IMG/VR virus record: IMGVR_UViG_3300028556_000001
Coordinates: 9,227-73,226 of that record
Strand: one strand, 5' to 3'
DNA: 64,000 nucleotides
Source: a virus
Shown here: positions 17,399 through 28,223 of the stretch, one piece after another
Numbering within the stretch: the stretch's first letter is position 1
Layout of the letters: every line of letters starts with the position of its first letter
Notes under the pieces: model-generated
What the model was told of the DNA's origin: nothing
The model's database searches: none
What the model saw: the letters and a program-made list of their open reading frames with translations, nothing else
Position numbers and translations under genes: made by a program

Positions 17399-18451
17399 AT
17401 GGCAACCGCCCAACCCGTTCCCCTGCAATGTGTCGTAGGCTCTGTGCCTCCGAATTGGAGTGGTGACGCGCAGGCATTGGCGAACCTGCTGGGGTCAATT
17501 CTTCAGTTCTATTTGGAGACGGGGAGTTCGACCTTCATCATCGGCGGTTCGCAGCCCACCTCCAATCAAGGCCCATGGCTCAAGGACGGAACAACGTGGT
17601 ATGTCTGGAATGACGCGCTCGCCACTTACGTTCCCGCGACCATCCCGCAAGCCTCTCTCCGCTATATTATTTCTCCGACCGCACCCGACCCCGCTGTTTA
17701 CGATTTGTGGTTCCAGACAAACGCCTCCACAGGGACGCCCATCTCCATCAATCACTTTAACGCCGGGCAGTGGGTGGCCTTCGGAGCCAACTGGAGCGCA
17801 CTCGTCGGCGCACCCGGCGCACTTCTCCCCTCGGTTCCGGGTTTTGGCACCACCGGGCAAAGACCATCGCCGGGCACAATCTTTCAGGTCTATTACGACA
17901 CGACATTGCGAATGCCGCTCGTCATCAACAGCGACGGGAATTACGTTGGCTACGGGGACGTGGTGAGTTTTGGGCCGACGACCGGGTATCCCGTCAACCC
18001 CCAACAGAATCAGAGATTTCGTGACACCACGCTCAATATAGATGTGATTTTCTACTCCGGGTCATGGCATACGGTGGATGGTTGTCCGGGGGATGTGAAG
18101 ACGGTGAAGGCTGCGACCTTGGCGGCGGCACTCGCGCAGAACCCCGGCTGGGTGCAGGACACGGCTTCGATTGACCGTCTGATTATCGGGGCGGGCAACC
18201 TCTACGCCTACAATGCCACCGGGGGCGCGACGAGTGCAACCCTCACGGCAGCCAATCTTCCCTCCACACTCCCAATTACCATTCCCGGATTCGGCACTAA
18301 CGGGGTAGTGACTCCGACAGAATTTAACCTCACTAATTCCGCTTCCAACCCCGGAACGGGAGCCGCGACCATGAGCATTACCGGGGCTTCTTCTACCCCC
18401 GTTCCCACCCTGCCGCCCTACATCGCGTATTGGACTCTCGTGAAAAGCTAG
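17399..18451 (+). CDS. Tail/baseplate-like protein
   Basis: C-terminal GGATSATLTAANLPS...TLPPYIAYWTLVK resembles tail-collar/baseplate wedge ends. Confidence 0.6.
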   Translation: MATAQPVPLQCVVGSVPPNWSGDAQALANLLGSILQFYLETGSSTFIIGGSQPTSNQGPWLKDGTTWYVWNDALATYVPATIPQASLRYIISPTAPDPAVYDLWFQTNASTGTPISINHFNAGQWVAFGANWSALVGAPGALLPSVPGFGTTGQRPSPGTIFQVYYDTTLRMPLVINSDGNYVGYGDVVSFGPTTGYPVNPQQNQRFRDTTLNIDVIFYSGSWHTVDGCPGDVKTVKAATLAAALAQNPGWVQDTASIDRLIIGAGNLYAYNATGGATSATLTAANLPSTLPITIPGFGTNGVVTPTEFNLTNSASNPGTGAATMSITGASSTPVPTLPPYIAYWTLVKS

Positions 18452-18453
18452 TC

Positions 18454-18855
18454 ATGTCGAATGAAATTCATTTCAACACCGCGCTCAATCTCTACCAACG
18501 GAACGGACTGGAAAAAGTCTTCTGGACGCAACTGGCGTGGCATTTTTCTTACGCTTATGTTTTCTCCACTCCCGATTATTTTGTCCAGTTTCACCCGTGG
18601 GAGCACGACCGCGAGCACGCCGCAGACGGCGATGCGCCCGTCCCCCTCGCCGACGCCGACTGCTGGTATATGCAGGTCGTCGCCGGAGACCTCCGCAAAT
18701 TTGTGCTGGCAGTCGAGAGCAACCCGGACATCCCCAGACTCCCGTTCGTGGCAAGCCACCGAATGCGGACGATTGCTGGCCGGGCATCCTTCCATACCCG
18801 TTGCTGGCCTTACGACCTTTTCCTCCAACACTTAAAACTTCACCTACCAAAATAA
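18454..18855 (+). CDS. Hypothetical protein before the ejection genes (possibly GNAT-like, T7 gp13 position)
   Basis: Synteny; DCWYMQVVAGD motif. Confidence 0.5.
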   Translation: MSNEIHFNTALNLYQRNGLEKVFWTQLAWHFSYAYVFSTPDYFVQFHPWEHDREHAADGDAPVPLADADCWYMQVVAGDLRKFVLAVESNPDIPRLPFVASHRMRTIAGRASFHTRCWPYDLFLQHLKLHLPK

Positions 18856-18859
18856 TCCC

Positions 18860-19822
18860 ATGGGCGGCGGCGGCACAGCATCCTACTCTCCAGTCAACCT
18901 CACCACGTTGGAAAACTTGGTGTCGGGACAGGCAGCGAAAAACCTGCCTGCCTCCCAGCAGTTGCAGCAGCAATACAATCCCGCGCTCTGGCAGGCCCAG
19001 CAGTCCGGGCAGTCCGCGCTTTCCTCGCTCGTTCCGCAGGCCACCACGACAGGCACACTCGCCACTCAGGGAGCCAATGCGGTTGCCGGTTCTCTGGGGT
19101 ATAATCCTCAGACCATCACGATGCCGACGCTGGCGGCGAATCCGATACAGGCCCAGACGAACAATTTGGTCGCCCAGAGGCTCCAGAACCCCGGCGCACT
19201 ACCTTGGGACGTTCGCAACCAACTCGTGCAGCAGGGGGCTTCGCAGGCGGGTCAGACGGGCACGCTAAATGGGAGTGGTGGCCAGAACATCTCGGACGCC
19301 GCACTCGGCCTCAACAGCCTTAGCCTCTCGAATGCCAATATCGGCCTCGGCAACACCGTAGGCCAGCAGAATCAGGCACTCGCCCAGCAGCAGCAGGGGT
19401 TGAATGTCGCCACACAGGGGCAGAATGTGGGGTATGGCCTCCAGAATCAAAGCCGGTTGCCGGTGGCGGCATCGGCCCTCACCCAAGGTTACGGGCAGTC
19501 CCTTTCCCCCCTCTATTTCTCGCAAGGACTTGGCCTGCCGCAATCCGGCATAGACCCCGGTGCGCTGGGTTCGGCTTACGTCGCCAATCAGAATGCCATG
19601 AATCAGTTTGCCCAGCAGCAGGCCGCGAATCAGACGGCGCAGAACAATGCGTGGCTCGGCTTTGGGGGCGGATTATTGGGTGCCCTCGGTTCCGGGCTGG
19701 CCTTGAGCGGGGCATTCGGCGGCTCGACGCCAACCAACAGTTATGGCGGAGCAGGCTCAACGCCGATTTTGAGTGGAGCGTCATCCATCAATCCCTATGC
19801 CGGAGGGTATTCCTTCCATTAA
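18860..19822 (+). CDS. Probable ejection / pilot protein
   Basis: MGGGG start, Gln/Ala-rich helix, C-terminal Gly-rich hydrophobic segment. Confidence 0.65.
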   Translation: MGGGGTASYSPVNLTTLENLVSGQAAKNLPASQQLQQQYNPALWQAQQSGQSALSSLVPQATTTGTLATQGANAVAGSLGYNPQTITMPTLAANPIQAQTNNLVAQRLQNPGALPWDVRNQLVQQGASQAGQTGTLNGSGGQNISDAALGLNSLSLSNANIGLGNTVGQQNQALAQQQQGLNVATQGQNVGYGLQNQSRLPVAASALTQGYGQSLSPLYFSQGLGLPQSGIDPGALGSAYVANQNAMNQFAQQQAANQTAQNNAWLGFGGGLLGALGSGLALSGAFGGSTPTNSYGGAGSTPILSGASSINPYAGGYSFH

Positions 19823-19825
19823 GTC

Positions 19826-20869
19826 ATGCCCGACATCACCAGCACCTCCGGTTTCGGCCTGCAAGACTTTCCCCGCTATCCGGGGTTTGAGAATCCGAAT
19901 TTCTTTGCCCTCGACCCCTCGCGGATATTGCAGGGGTTTAATCAGGGATTAGACACCACGAGCAATGCCGCGACGATGGTGGACAGAATCCGGGCGGCAA
20001 ATGCACAGGCCCAACTACAGACGGGACAGGCCGGAGCGCAACTTGGCCTCCTCCCGCAGCAAACGGCCTTAGCCTCTCAGCAGCTTGGGGCGCAATCTCA
20101 GCTTCTTCCCCTCCAAACCGCAGCCACTCAAGGGGGTCTGCAAAACACCGCGACCGGAGAGCAGTTGCAGCAGACAGGATTGAATCAGTCACGGCAGCAA
20201 CTTGCGGAGTTCGGCAACCTTCTGAAAATTAACGACCAAGTAAAGAACTTGCCGGATGGGGGCGCGACCATCCTTAATCCGCAGACACTTGCCCAGATTC
20301 AGGCCCTCTCCAAGGCTTCCCAGCTTACGGGTGGACTGACCCCGACATTCGAGCAGTTCCAAGCCGCCCCCGGAAATTTTGCGAAGATAGCTGACATCAA
20401 TTCCCAGATTGCCCAGCGCGGGGCGGAAGCGGCCAAGAATCAGGCCCTCGCCCTCGCCCTGCCGCCCTACTACAACGCCCGCGCCAACGACATGAACGCA
20501 CAGGGAGCGCAGCGGATGAATTATAGCTCGTTGAATAAGGCGGCATCAGACGCGGGGCTGAACCTGAATGACTACGTGAACTGGGATGCCTATAATTCCG
20601 CGATGCAGCAGTGGGATGACAACGGACAAAAGGGTGTTCCGCCCCAGCAGCAGAATTATCTCGGCCCGGAATTTCAGACCGACCTTCAGGACGCGCAGGC
20701 CAAGATGGAAAAACTGAAACACCCCAAGAGTTCGACGGATATTGACCTGACGGGAGGCTTGGGGAGTTCACGCTCCGCTCCCACCTCCGGCAACACATCC
20801 ACGCCGGGTAACACCTTCAACTTCAGCATCCTTCCCAGCGGCCAGACTTCGTTCACGCCCGCGCAGTAA
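19826..20869 (+). CDS. Probable second ejection protein
   Basis: Gln/Ala/Leu-rich helical protein with repeated AQxxLLPxQT; lies between the pilot and giant genes. Confidence 0.6.
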   Translation: MPDITSTSGFGLQDFPRYPGFENPNFFALDPSRILQGFNQGLDTTSNAATMVDRIRAANAQAQLQTGQAGAQLGLLPQQTALASQQLGAQSQLLPLQTAATQGGLQNTATGEQLQQTGLNQSRQQLAEFGNLLKINDQVKNLPDGGATILNPQTLAQIQALSKASQLTGGLTPTFEQFQAAPGNFAKIADINSQIAQRGAEAAKNQALALALPPYYNARANDMNAQGAQRMNYSSLNKAASDAGLNLNDYVNWDAYNSAMQQWDDNGQKGVPPQQQNYLGPEFQTDLQDAQAKMEKLKHPKSSTDIDLTGGLGSSRSAPTSGNTSTPGNTFNFSILPSGQTSFTPAQ

Positions 20870-20904
20870 ATTGACATTCACCGAAAAAGGAGCAAGATAA
20901 GCGT

Positions 20905-23900
20905 GTGCCCTCCTACGGCGTCAATCTTCCCGGCGGTCAGTCCATCACTCTGAATGGAGACTCTCCACCCACGGCTGCCGTGGTCATGGACTTTCTTCAG
21001 CAGCATGGCTTACCCCAGAGCGTGCCCGTCACGCAGGCCGCACAAGTAGGGAAACAGCTTCCGGTCGGAACCCGTTTCGTGACGCGGGGAGGAGATGTTT
21101 CCGCTGGCGAGAATGGCGTGCAACCCGTGATTGTGGCCAAGGGCGGTCGAGTTCTTCCCTATTCCCCGCCAGCCCAGAACGCGGCCCTTCAGGGATTGAT
21201 TTCGCACCCAGACCTCACGGACGACCAGCGCAAGCAGATAGTCCAAGCGTATGCCGATGACTTCACGCGGGGAATTGAGTTACCGCCCTCGGCAGCCCGT
21301 TCCCTGATAGACCATTTCGTCACGTCAGCCACGGCCCCCGGCTCCATTGCCACTTCCCGGCCTCCGGTCTCTGCCAACTCCACTACTCTAACCGGACTGA
21401 CGCCGGATGGACAGTTGGCCCAGCCGGAAGTTCCCGCAGGCTCCAATCTTTTCACCCAAGCCGCCTCCGCTCAAGCTACGTCTGTCTCCCCCAGCCAACT
21501 GACGGTGCCAAACAATCTCGTGGAGGACAGGGTGAATGAAGCAAAGCGGCTGGCCCGACAGGACTCAACGCAGGCCGATACATGGGCGCAGAAATTGGGC
21601 GCAACGGTGGGCGAATTGGGCGGTGGGGTGGCCTACAATCCGGCTCTTGCCGCTACCCCCGTAGGGCCGGAAGCGGAAGGCGCGGCCCTGCTTTCCCGTG
21701 CTGGCCTGACCGCATTGGGCAGGCAAGCAGCCATCTTGGGTGGTGCAGGGGTGGCGCAATCGGCCCTCCAAGACCAGCCTGCGAGAATCGCGCTCGGCGA
21801 GCAAAACGGCTTCGACATCGGGCAGGCGTTGGCGTCGGGGGCGCAGTTTGGGGCCGGGGCCGCTGGGGTGAAACTGCTTGGACACGGCATAGCTGCCTTG
21901 ACCGACCGCGCCTTTAAGCCTGCATTGCCTCTACAACCGCCCGTGGCCGCACCGGAAGCTCCGGCCCCTATCCAGACACCCCCAGCACCCGAAACCCCTC
22001 CCTCCGGCCCTTCCAGCCCCGTTCCTGCGCCTGCCCCGTCCCCTATCCCCACTCCCGCAGCCCTGAATGCCACGGCAGAGGGTGGATTATTGCCACAAGG
22101 CACGCCCGCGACCATTCAAGTTTCACCGCCTCCTGCTACCGCACCTTTACCACAACCTGAAACCGCCATCCCAGAACCCAATGAACCAACCAAAGTATCC
22201 GTTCTACAAAACGACCTCGGCGTGGCTTCGCAAAGCCCGCTTATCACAGCCGCGAGTAACGTTAGAGCACGCGCAGCAGCAAGCGCAGCGAACAATGGGC
22301 GCGGATTTCCGGGCACGCTCGATGAAGCCCTCGCCGTCAAAAGCCTGAGCGACCAAGCCAACCTGTCAGGCAGAGTGACGCCCCCGGCTGACTTCACAGC
22401 CTCCGGCGGGGAGCATGATGCGTGGTTCGACCCCCAATCCAATCGCTACTTCAAAACCACCCGACCGGGCGACTACGGCAAGAACGCCTCCGGGGTGGGG
22501 ATTGCCCGGCCCTCGGACTACCTTGAACGGCTGGCTCTCACCAACTCCATCTTTGGCGACGACATCAAGGTTGAAGGCACGCTCGGACACGGGGACGACC
22601 TCCAGATTGTGACTTCCCAGCCCTACGTTGACGGCGTGGCGGCATCCAAGCCGGAGATAAAATCTTTCATGGAAGCTAAGGGACTGGAGCAGGTCAACCC
22701 TACGACCTACGTTAATCGCCAGACGGGGATTGTGGTTGGGGATGCCAAGCCCAAGAACGTGCTGGCCACCAAGGACGGCTCACTTTTCCCGATAGACGTG
22801 CAGGTTCAGAAGCTCGCGCCGGAAGCGGTGGAGAAGCTTTATCCTCCGAAGCCACGGAAGGAAGGTGGGGCACAGACGCAGCCCCAAGTTCAAGCCCAGC
22901 AACTCCTCCCCGTTGGCGGGGAATCGCCCGCGCCCCTGAGAGTGAGACTTCAGAATCGCATGGCAGCCTTAGACGCTCAAATGGCCGCGCACGAGGACGC
23001 TTTCGATACCGCCAAGGGCAAGGAATTTGACAAACTTGCCGAAGAGCATACCGCAATGGAGAAGGAGAGGAACCAAGTGGCTGACCGGATTGAGCATTTG
23101 CAGACGGCGGAAATAGCCGGACGGCCACAACCGCCGATTGCGCCCGTAAGGCCATGGGAGCAGGCATTGGCAGAGGAACGTGCCGCTAAACCCGCAGAAC
23201 CAGAAGAGCCCAAGCGCGGATTTAACACCCCGGAAGAAGCTGCCGTCATAGAGCAGAAAAAGCACGCCGCCGCACAGGAAGAAGCCCTGAAAAACCTTCC
23301 TCCAATTAAGCGCGGAGAGGAATTGGTCTATCTGCGCCGACCGTATTCCCCGCAATGGGGCACAAACGCCATCTGGAAGCCCACTTCCGGCAAGCTCATC
23401 AAACTGGAGGCACTTCCGAAGTATAATTTTGTCTTAAGCAAGGACGGCAACACATGGGAGGTTTCCGAGTTCGCCACTGGACGGCGCATTGCGGGATATG
23501 AGCCGACTCGTGCTGCGGTGATTGCCAAGGCCGAGGAGATTATTAAAAAAGCCGGGGTCAAGAAATTTGAACAATCAGTCCGAGACGCTCTTAAAACCAC
23601 GCCCTCCAAGCCCAATTTAGAACCACCCACCACCCAAGGAGGACAACCCAATGCCACTACCCAAATCCGGCAGCCAGAAATCGCTGCAAGCCAGTTTCCA
23701 CGACCTGAGACACGGCCCGCAATTCCAGCGAACCAAGAGCAAGTTCGGGCTCAAGAAGGCCGTAGCCCAGATGGAGGCGGCAGCCCTCAGCAACCAGCGC
23801 AAGTTTCTGCACAAGCCCCATCGTCAAGCGGGCCTGCGGAAGCCGCACTTTCCGTAAAGCCCGAAGCCGTGCTCTACAAGGAGCCACAGGTCAAGCTCAC

Positions 23901-26900
23901 GCTCCCCAAGGACGCGACCGGCATCTCCCTCACGAACGAGAAGGGTCTAAGGAAATTCTACACCAAGGCAGAATTGGAGAAAAGCAACATCCTGCAAGGT
24001 TCGCCCGTGAAGGATGTGCAGCCCGCTCGCATGGTGGGCGGGAAGGTGCAGGGCGTGAAGGGCGATGTGGGGGTTGCGCCAAAAGCCCTAACCAGCAAGA
24101 CACCGGGAGAGATTTTGGGGTTCGGGGCCAGAATCAAGGCCATGCCACCCGACGAAACTCCCATCGCCAACACCCCGGAAGAGGTGAGCACCCTCCAAGC
24201 CACCTATACGCCGGGTCTGCCTGCGGGAACTTCCGTGGCACAGGGGGTTAAGTCCCTTCTCCTGCCCTCCTCCAAGAGCGCAGGCCATCTCCGTGCCGCT
24301 GAAGACTTGGGGGGCAAACTGGGAGCCATGAATCGCCGCTCCGAGGCGTCTGCCTCTCAGCTAAAGCCATCCGAAAAGTTGTTCGACCGTTTGGGCGTTC
24401 ACAATGAGAAGCTGCCACCCGAAAAGAATCCGGGCATCCAATTCATGTCCGACTTGTCGCAAGGCCGCGAGGTTGACCCGAAGTTCAAGGCGGCGGCGGA
24501 TTTGGTGGACAGGCAGTTTACGGACAGGCTGGAGAAGCTGGAAGCTGCCGGAGCACCCTTGCAGACCATCCGCGAGAACTACTTTCCCGGCATGTGGACG
24601 CGGGAGTCCAGAATGGCGTTCAACGCTGCGATGGAGAAGGCCAAGGCGGAAGGGATTATCGGCGAGGACTTCGACGCCAATTTAGCCACGCCAGCTCAGA
24701 AAGCCTACATCAAGGGAACGGTGGATGAGTTCCTGAAGAACGGCACCGCGAGCGACAAGGACATGTTGCAATACCTGACGCGCTCCCCGCTCAAGGGGAA
24801 GGAATCCTTTCGCAAGGGGAAGGTCTTTGACGACATTATGACCGGCGCGGAACTTGGCCTGCGCCCCATTTCCAGCAATCCCATTGACCTCGTGAAAGGC
24901 AAGCTGGCGGAAATGGACAGGTCAATCATGGCGAATGAGTTTTTCCAGCAGCAAAAATCCAAGGGCAAACTCCAGACGATAAGCCCCTACGAGCAGGTTC
25001 CTGACGGCTGGCAGAAGGTGAATGACAAATACGGCACCATCTACGGCCCTCCGACCGTGAAGGTCGCGGAGCACGTGGACAAGGCGGTTTACGAGGGACT
25101 ACTGGATGCGGCCAAGCGGCTTGGGGTGTCCCACCAGCGGTTAATGAAGCTCCCGGCGAAACGCGCCCTCGGCCTGTCCTTTCAGGGCCAGAACAAAATC
25201 CTCTCCAAATTCGGCACCGAAACGTCCGTCATCGCCCATGAACTCGGCCACCAGCTTGACGAGAAATACGACCTCTGGAACAATCTCCTGAAGCGCGATT
25301 CCGGCAAAGGCTTTGCTCCCGGTCGCTCGGAACTACGCAACATTGCCGACCTGACGGGTGAAAGAGGGGGTAATCCCCGCTCCCAGAATGAGAAAATCGC
25401 CCAAGTCCTCGAAGCCTACGTTCATTCGCCGGAGAAGATGCAGGAGGTGGCCCCGAGAGTGTTCAAATGGTTCGACAACTTCATCAAGTCAAAACCGGAA
25501 CTCAAGGGCATTGCGGACATCAAGCCGGGCATCGAACTCAAAAAGCTGGAGGGCGAAAAATACGTCGGGCTGCCCATTCTCGGCTATCGGATTGTCCCCA
25601 ATGAAGTCGGCGACATCCTAAATAACTACCTCTCGTCCTCGCTCTACAACAATCCCTATTTCGGCAAGCTCTACAAAGGCTGGATGGCGACAGCCAACGT
25701 CCTGAATCAATCGCAGTTGGGGGTTGGCTCGGCTTTTCACGCCGGGTTCACCACGGGAGACGCCCAAGTGTCGGCGAATGCCAACCTCCTGAAAGACCTG
25801 TATGGCGTGGCGCGAGGCAACCGCACACTGGCAGACCTTGGCAACTCGGCCAAGAATGCGGCTACGGCCTCCATCGGCACGGCCTACAAGGGCGACAAGG
25901 TGCTCAACGCATGGAGAAATCCGGATGGCGTCATTGACCCCAAGTTGGCTCAGGTGGTGAAGGCGGCGGAACTGGCCGGAGCCGGGTTTAAGATGGAGCC
26001 GGGGTTGAATACCGAGCAGTCCTCGAAGCTCTACCGCGATTGGTTTTCCGGGCATCCGATTAAGGCCGCTCTGCGCTCCCCGGTGGCGGCAACCGAGCTA
26101 ATGGCGAAGCCCATCATGGACTACCTTGTGCCGCGCCAGAAGGCCGGGGTGTTCGCGGACTTGGCGAACCGCATCATTGAGCAGAATCCCGGCAAGCCGT
26201 TGGAGGATTTGGCTCCGCAATTCCGGCAGGCATGGAACCGGGTGGACGCCCGCTTGGGACAGGTGAGATACAACCGCCTGTTTATGAATAACACGGCGAA
26301 GAACGTCATGCAGGGGCTTGTCCGCGCTCCCGGCTGGTCGGGCGGCACGATTGCAGAGATTGGGGGAGCCTTCCCTGACGCCGCGCACTTCTTCTCGGAA
26401 TGGGCCAGAACCGGCAAAGCCCCGGAGAACATCCCCGACCGGGTGGCTTACGTTGCCTCTCTGCTTACCACGGTCGCGGCCATTTCGGGAGCCTTGACCT
26501 ATGCATTCACCGGGCAAGCCCCCAAGGGACTCGACTACCTCGCCTTCCGCACGGGCGAAAAAGACCAGCACGGGAATGACAAGAGATTCATGCTGCCGAC
26601 GTATGTCAAGGACATCCTCGCCTACACTTCCCAACCCGGAACCACGTTGCTCAATAAGGCCCACCCCCTCATCGGAGCCATCTCCCAACTCGCGCACAAC
26701 AAGGACTACTATGGGTATGAAATCCACGACCCCAACGCCAGCTACGGGGCGCAAGCCGGACAGATTGGAAAATACGTCCTGAGCAACTTCATCCCCTTCT
26801 GGATACGCGGAGCGCAGAAGGCCCAGAGTGGTGCAGGCGGGGCGGTGGCGTCCTATTTCGGCGTCATGCCCGCACCCAATTACATCTCCCAGTCCACGCT

Positions 26901-27498
26901 CCAGAACCGCATCGAACAACTCTTTGGCGAGCGCACGGGTGAACCCCTGAAGCCTTACGAGCAGCAATTCGCACCCAAGCGGGCCACCGACCCAGCCGGA
27001 CTCTACACCTACCTCTTTAACCGCCTACCATCGTCAGACAAGCAGGCACTCTACAAGACCATGACGCCGGAGGAGAAGTCGCAGTATGAATTGCCGATGG
27101 CGCGACAGGAGGAGATTGATGCCCAGCAGAAACGTTCCCAATCCGTCCACGATATTTACGACGCCTACGCCAAGACCCCGGACTCCGGCAAACAAGCCTT
27201 CCTCCAACACGCCTTCCAATCCGGCCAGATACCGCACGACCCGCAGAATCCTGCCAAGGCCGACCCGCAGTTCCAGCAGGCCTTCTCCCGTCTCCATCAA
27301 GCCGCCCAGCTAGATGGACAGGGCAAGCAGTTGAAGTCCTTGGGGGTTACGGACGGCTCCCGCGCCAAGGAAATGCTGCGAATCATCCTCCAGACCCCAC
27401 AGGCCGACCGGCCAGCGTTACAGCAGCGGTGGGAGTCTGACAAGGTGTTGACCCCGGCGGTGGCGCAGCAGATTCGGCAACTGGCGGGGAGTCAGTAG
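20905..27498 (+). CDS. Giant polyvalent ejection-type protein (2197 aa) with a polyvalent-type kinase domain and a zincin HExxH motif
   Basis: GGEHDAW...YFKT...YLERLALTNSIFGDDI...IVTSQPYV...GDAKPKNV...FPIDV (~22400-22800); AHELGH (25237-25251); long helical C-terminus. Confidence 0.8.
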   Translation: MPSYGVNLPGGQSITLNGDSPPTAAVVMDFLQQHGLPQSVPVTQAAQVGKQLPVGTRFVTRGGDVSAGENGVQPVIVAKGGRVLPYSPPAQNAALQGLISHPDLTDDQRKQIVQAYADDFTRGIELPPSAARSLIDHFVTSATAPGSIATSRPPVSANSTTLTGLTPDGQLAQPEVPAGSNLFTQAASAQATSVSPSQLTVPNNLVEDRVNEAKRLARQDSTQADTWAQKLGATVGELGGGVAYNPALAATPVGPEAEGAALLSRAGLTALGRQAAILGGAGVAQSALQDQPARIALGEQNGFDIGQALASGAQFGAGAAGVKLLGHGIAALTDRAFKPALPLQPPVAAPEAPAPIQTPPAPETPPSGPSSPVPAPAPSPIPTPAALNATAEGGLLPQGTPATIQVSPPPATAPLPQPETAIPEPNEPTKVSVLQNDLGVASQSPLITAASNVRARAAASAANNGRGFPGTLDEALAVKSLSDQANLSGRVTPPADFTASGGEHDAWFDPQSNRYFKTTRPGDYGKNASGVGIARPSDYLERLALTNSIFGDDIKVEGTLGHGDDLQIVTSQPYVDGVAASKPEIKSFMEAKGLEQVNPTTYVNRQTGIVVGDAKPKNVLATKDGSLFPIDVQVQKLAPEAVEKLYPPKPRKEGGAQTQPQVQAQQLLPVGGESPAPLRVRLQNRMAALDAQMAAHEDAFDTAKGKEFDKLAEEHTAMEKERNQVADRIEHLQTAEIAGRPQPPIAPVRPWEQALAEERAAKPAEPEEPKRGFNTPEEAAVIEQKKHAAAQEEALKNLPPIKRGEELVYLRRPYSPQWGTNAIWKPTSGKLIKLEALPKYNFVLSKDGNTWEVSEFATGRRIAGYEPTRAAVIAKAEEIIKKAGVKKFEQSVRDALKTTPSKPNLEPPTTQGGQPNATTQIRQPEIAASQFPRPETRPAIPANQEQVRAQEGRSPDGGGSPQQPAQVSAQAPSSSGPAEAALSVKPEAVLYKEPQVKLTLPKDATGISLTNEKGLRKFYTKAELEKSNILQGSPVKDVQPARMVGGKVQGVKGDVGVAPKALTSKTPGEILGFGARIKAMPPDETPIANTPEEVSTLQATYTPGLPAGTSVAQGVKSLLLPSSKSAGHLRAAEDLGGKLGAMNRRSEASASQLKPSEKLFDRLGVHNEKLPPEKNPGIQFMSDLSQGREVDPKFKAAADLVDRQFTDRLEKLEAAGAPLQTIRENYFPGMWTRESRMAFNAAMEKAKAEGIIGEDFDANLATPAQKAYIKGTVDEFLKNGTASDKDMLQYLTRSPLKGKESFRKGKVFDDIMTGAELGLRPISSNPIDLVKGKLAEMDRSIMANEFFQQQKSKGKLQTISPYEQVPDGWQKVNDKYGTIYGPPTVKVAEHVDKAVYEGLLDAAKRLGVSHQRLMKLPAKRALGLSFQGQNKILSKFGTETSVIAHELGHQLDEKYDLWNNLLKRDSGKGFAPGRSELRNIADLTGERGGNPRSQNEKIAQVLEAYVHSPEKMQEVAPRVFKWFDNFIKSKPELKGIADIKPGIELKKLEGEKYVGLPILGYRIVPNEVGDILNNYLSSSLYNNPYFGKLYKGWMATANVLNQSQLGVGSAFHAGFTTGDAQVSANANLLKDLYGVARGNRTLADLGNSAKNAATASIGTAYKGDKVLNAWRNPDGVIDPKLAQVVKAAELAGAGFKMEPGLNTEQSSKLYRDWFSGHPIKAALRSPVAATELMAKPIMDYLVPRQKAGVFADLANRIIEQNPGKPLEDLAPQFRQAWNRVDARLGQVRYNRLFMNNTAKNVMQGLVRAPGWSGGTIAEIGGAFPDAAHFFSEWARTGKAPENIPDRVAYVASLLTTVAAISGALTYAFTGQAPKGLDYLAFRTGEKDQHGNDKRFMLPTYVKDILAYTSQPGTTLLNKAHPLIGAISQLAHNKDYYGYEIHDPNASYGAQAGQIGKYVLSNFIPFWIRGAQKAQSGAGGAVASYFGVMPAPNYISQSTLQNRIEQLFGERTGEPLKPYEQQFAPKRATDPAGLYTYLFNRLPSSDKQALYKTMTPEEKSQYELPMARQEEIDAQQKRSQSVHDIYDAYAKTPDSGKQAFLQHAFQSGQIPHDPQNPAKADPQFQQAFSRLHQAAQLDGQGKQLKSLGVTDGSRAKEMLRIILQTPQADRPALQQRWESDKVLTPAVAQQIRQLAGSQ

Positions 27499-27499
27499 G

Positions 27500-27869
27500 C
27501 TACGGTTTGTAATTCTTCGCCATTGTAGCGATGTATTTCCGGCCCGCGTCCTGTTCCTTCCCTGTCAGCTTCCATTTCTTCATGTCCACGATATTTTTAA
27601 TGGCCGTGGAAACCAAGGCAGCCAGACGGCGGGGTTCGATGGCGTCAAGTTCCCATGAAGAATTTCCGAATCGCCGGATATAGGAAGCGGCGCGGCTATC
27701 CGTTATTTTGGCCGGATTTTCAGGAGGTTTCATTTCCTCCACTTGGCTCATGTTCAAGGCCAGCCGATTCACCTGCAATCCAGAATCTTCGTTTGGCAAT
27801 CGTCCAAGGGGAATGTTCAGGAATGTTTCCAATCGGTCGGCCACATCCCGTGTCATGTCAATGCCACTA
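27500..27869 (-). pseudogene. 3' half of a TopoVI-A/Toprim-like gene disrupted by E2
   Basis: Continues (P)SGIDMTRD...VNRLALN...SWELDAIEP; joins in frame to 34039-34604 when E2 and one TSD copy are removed. Confidence 0.9.
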
Positions 27870-27929
27870 GGGTCGTGGGTACTGTCCGGTTATGACCACT
27901 GACTTTTTACAATCGGCTCTTTCCGGCCT

Positions 27930-28223
27930 TTACTTCTTGGCCTCGGACATGACATAGGCCCGGACTGCGGTGAGCGGGGAGATGACTGGGGGCAACTCCA
28001 GCACGGCAATGGCGTTGCTACCCTTGTCATGGTCATAGGCCCATGCGTAGCAGCGGGAGGCTTGGGGATGGCCTACCAGAGCGAACACTTCCACGTCTCC
28101 CTCCCAGACCGGGCGACCTTGGAACGTCTCCACCACAGGAACCGTCTCCAGATGCTTGGAATCGGCCCCGTGGACGCTCTTAATGGCTTTCTGGAGGTGC
28201 GCTAGGTAGTGCTCGCGGTTCAT
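27930..28223 (-). CDS. Conserved ~97-aa protein coupled to the E2 transposase
   Basis: ATGA overlap with the transposase stop; homologue of 32694-32996 (YLAHLQKAIK...W.GDVEVF...HP.ASRCYAWA...AVRA). Confidence 0.85.
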   Translation of the reverse strand: MNREHYLAHLQKAIKSVHGADSKHLETVPVVETFQGRPVWEGDVEVFALVGHPQASRCYAWAYDHDKGSNAIAVLELPPVISPLTAVRAYVMSEAKK

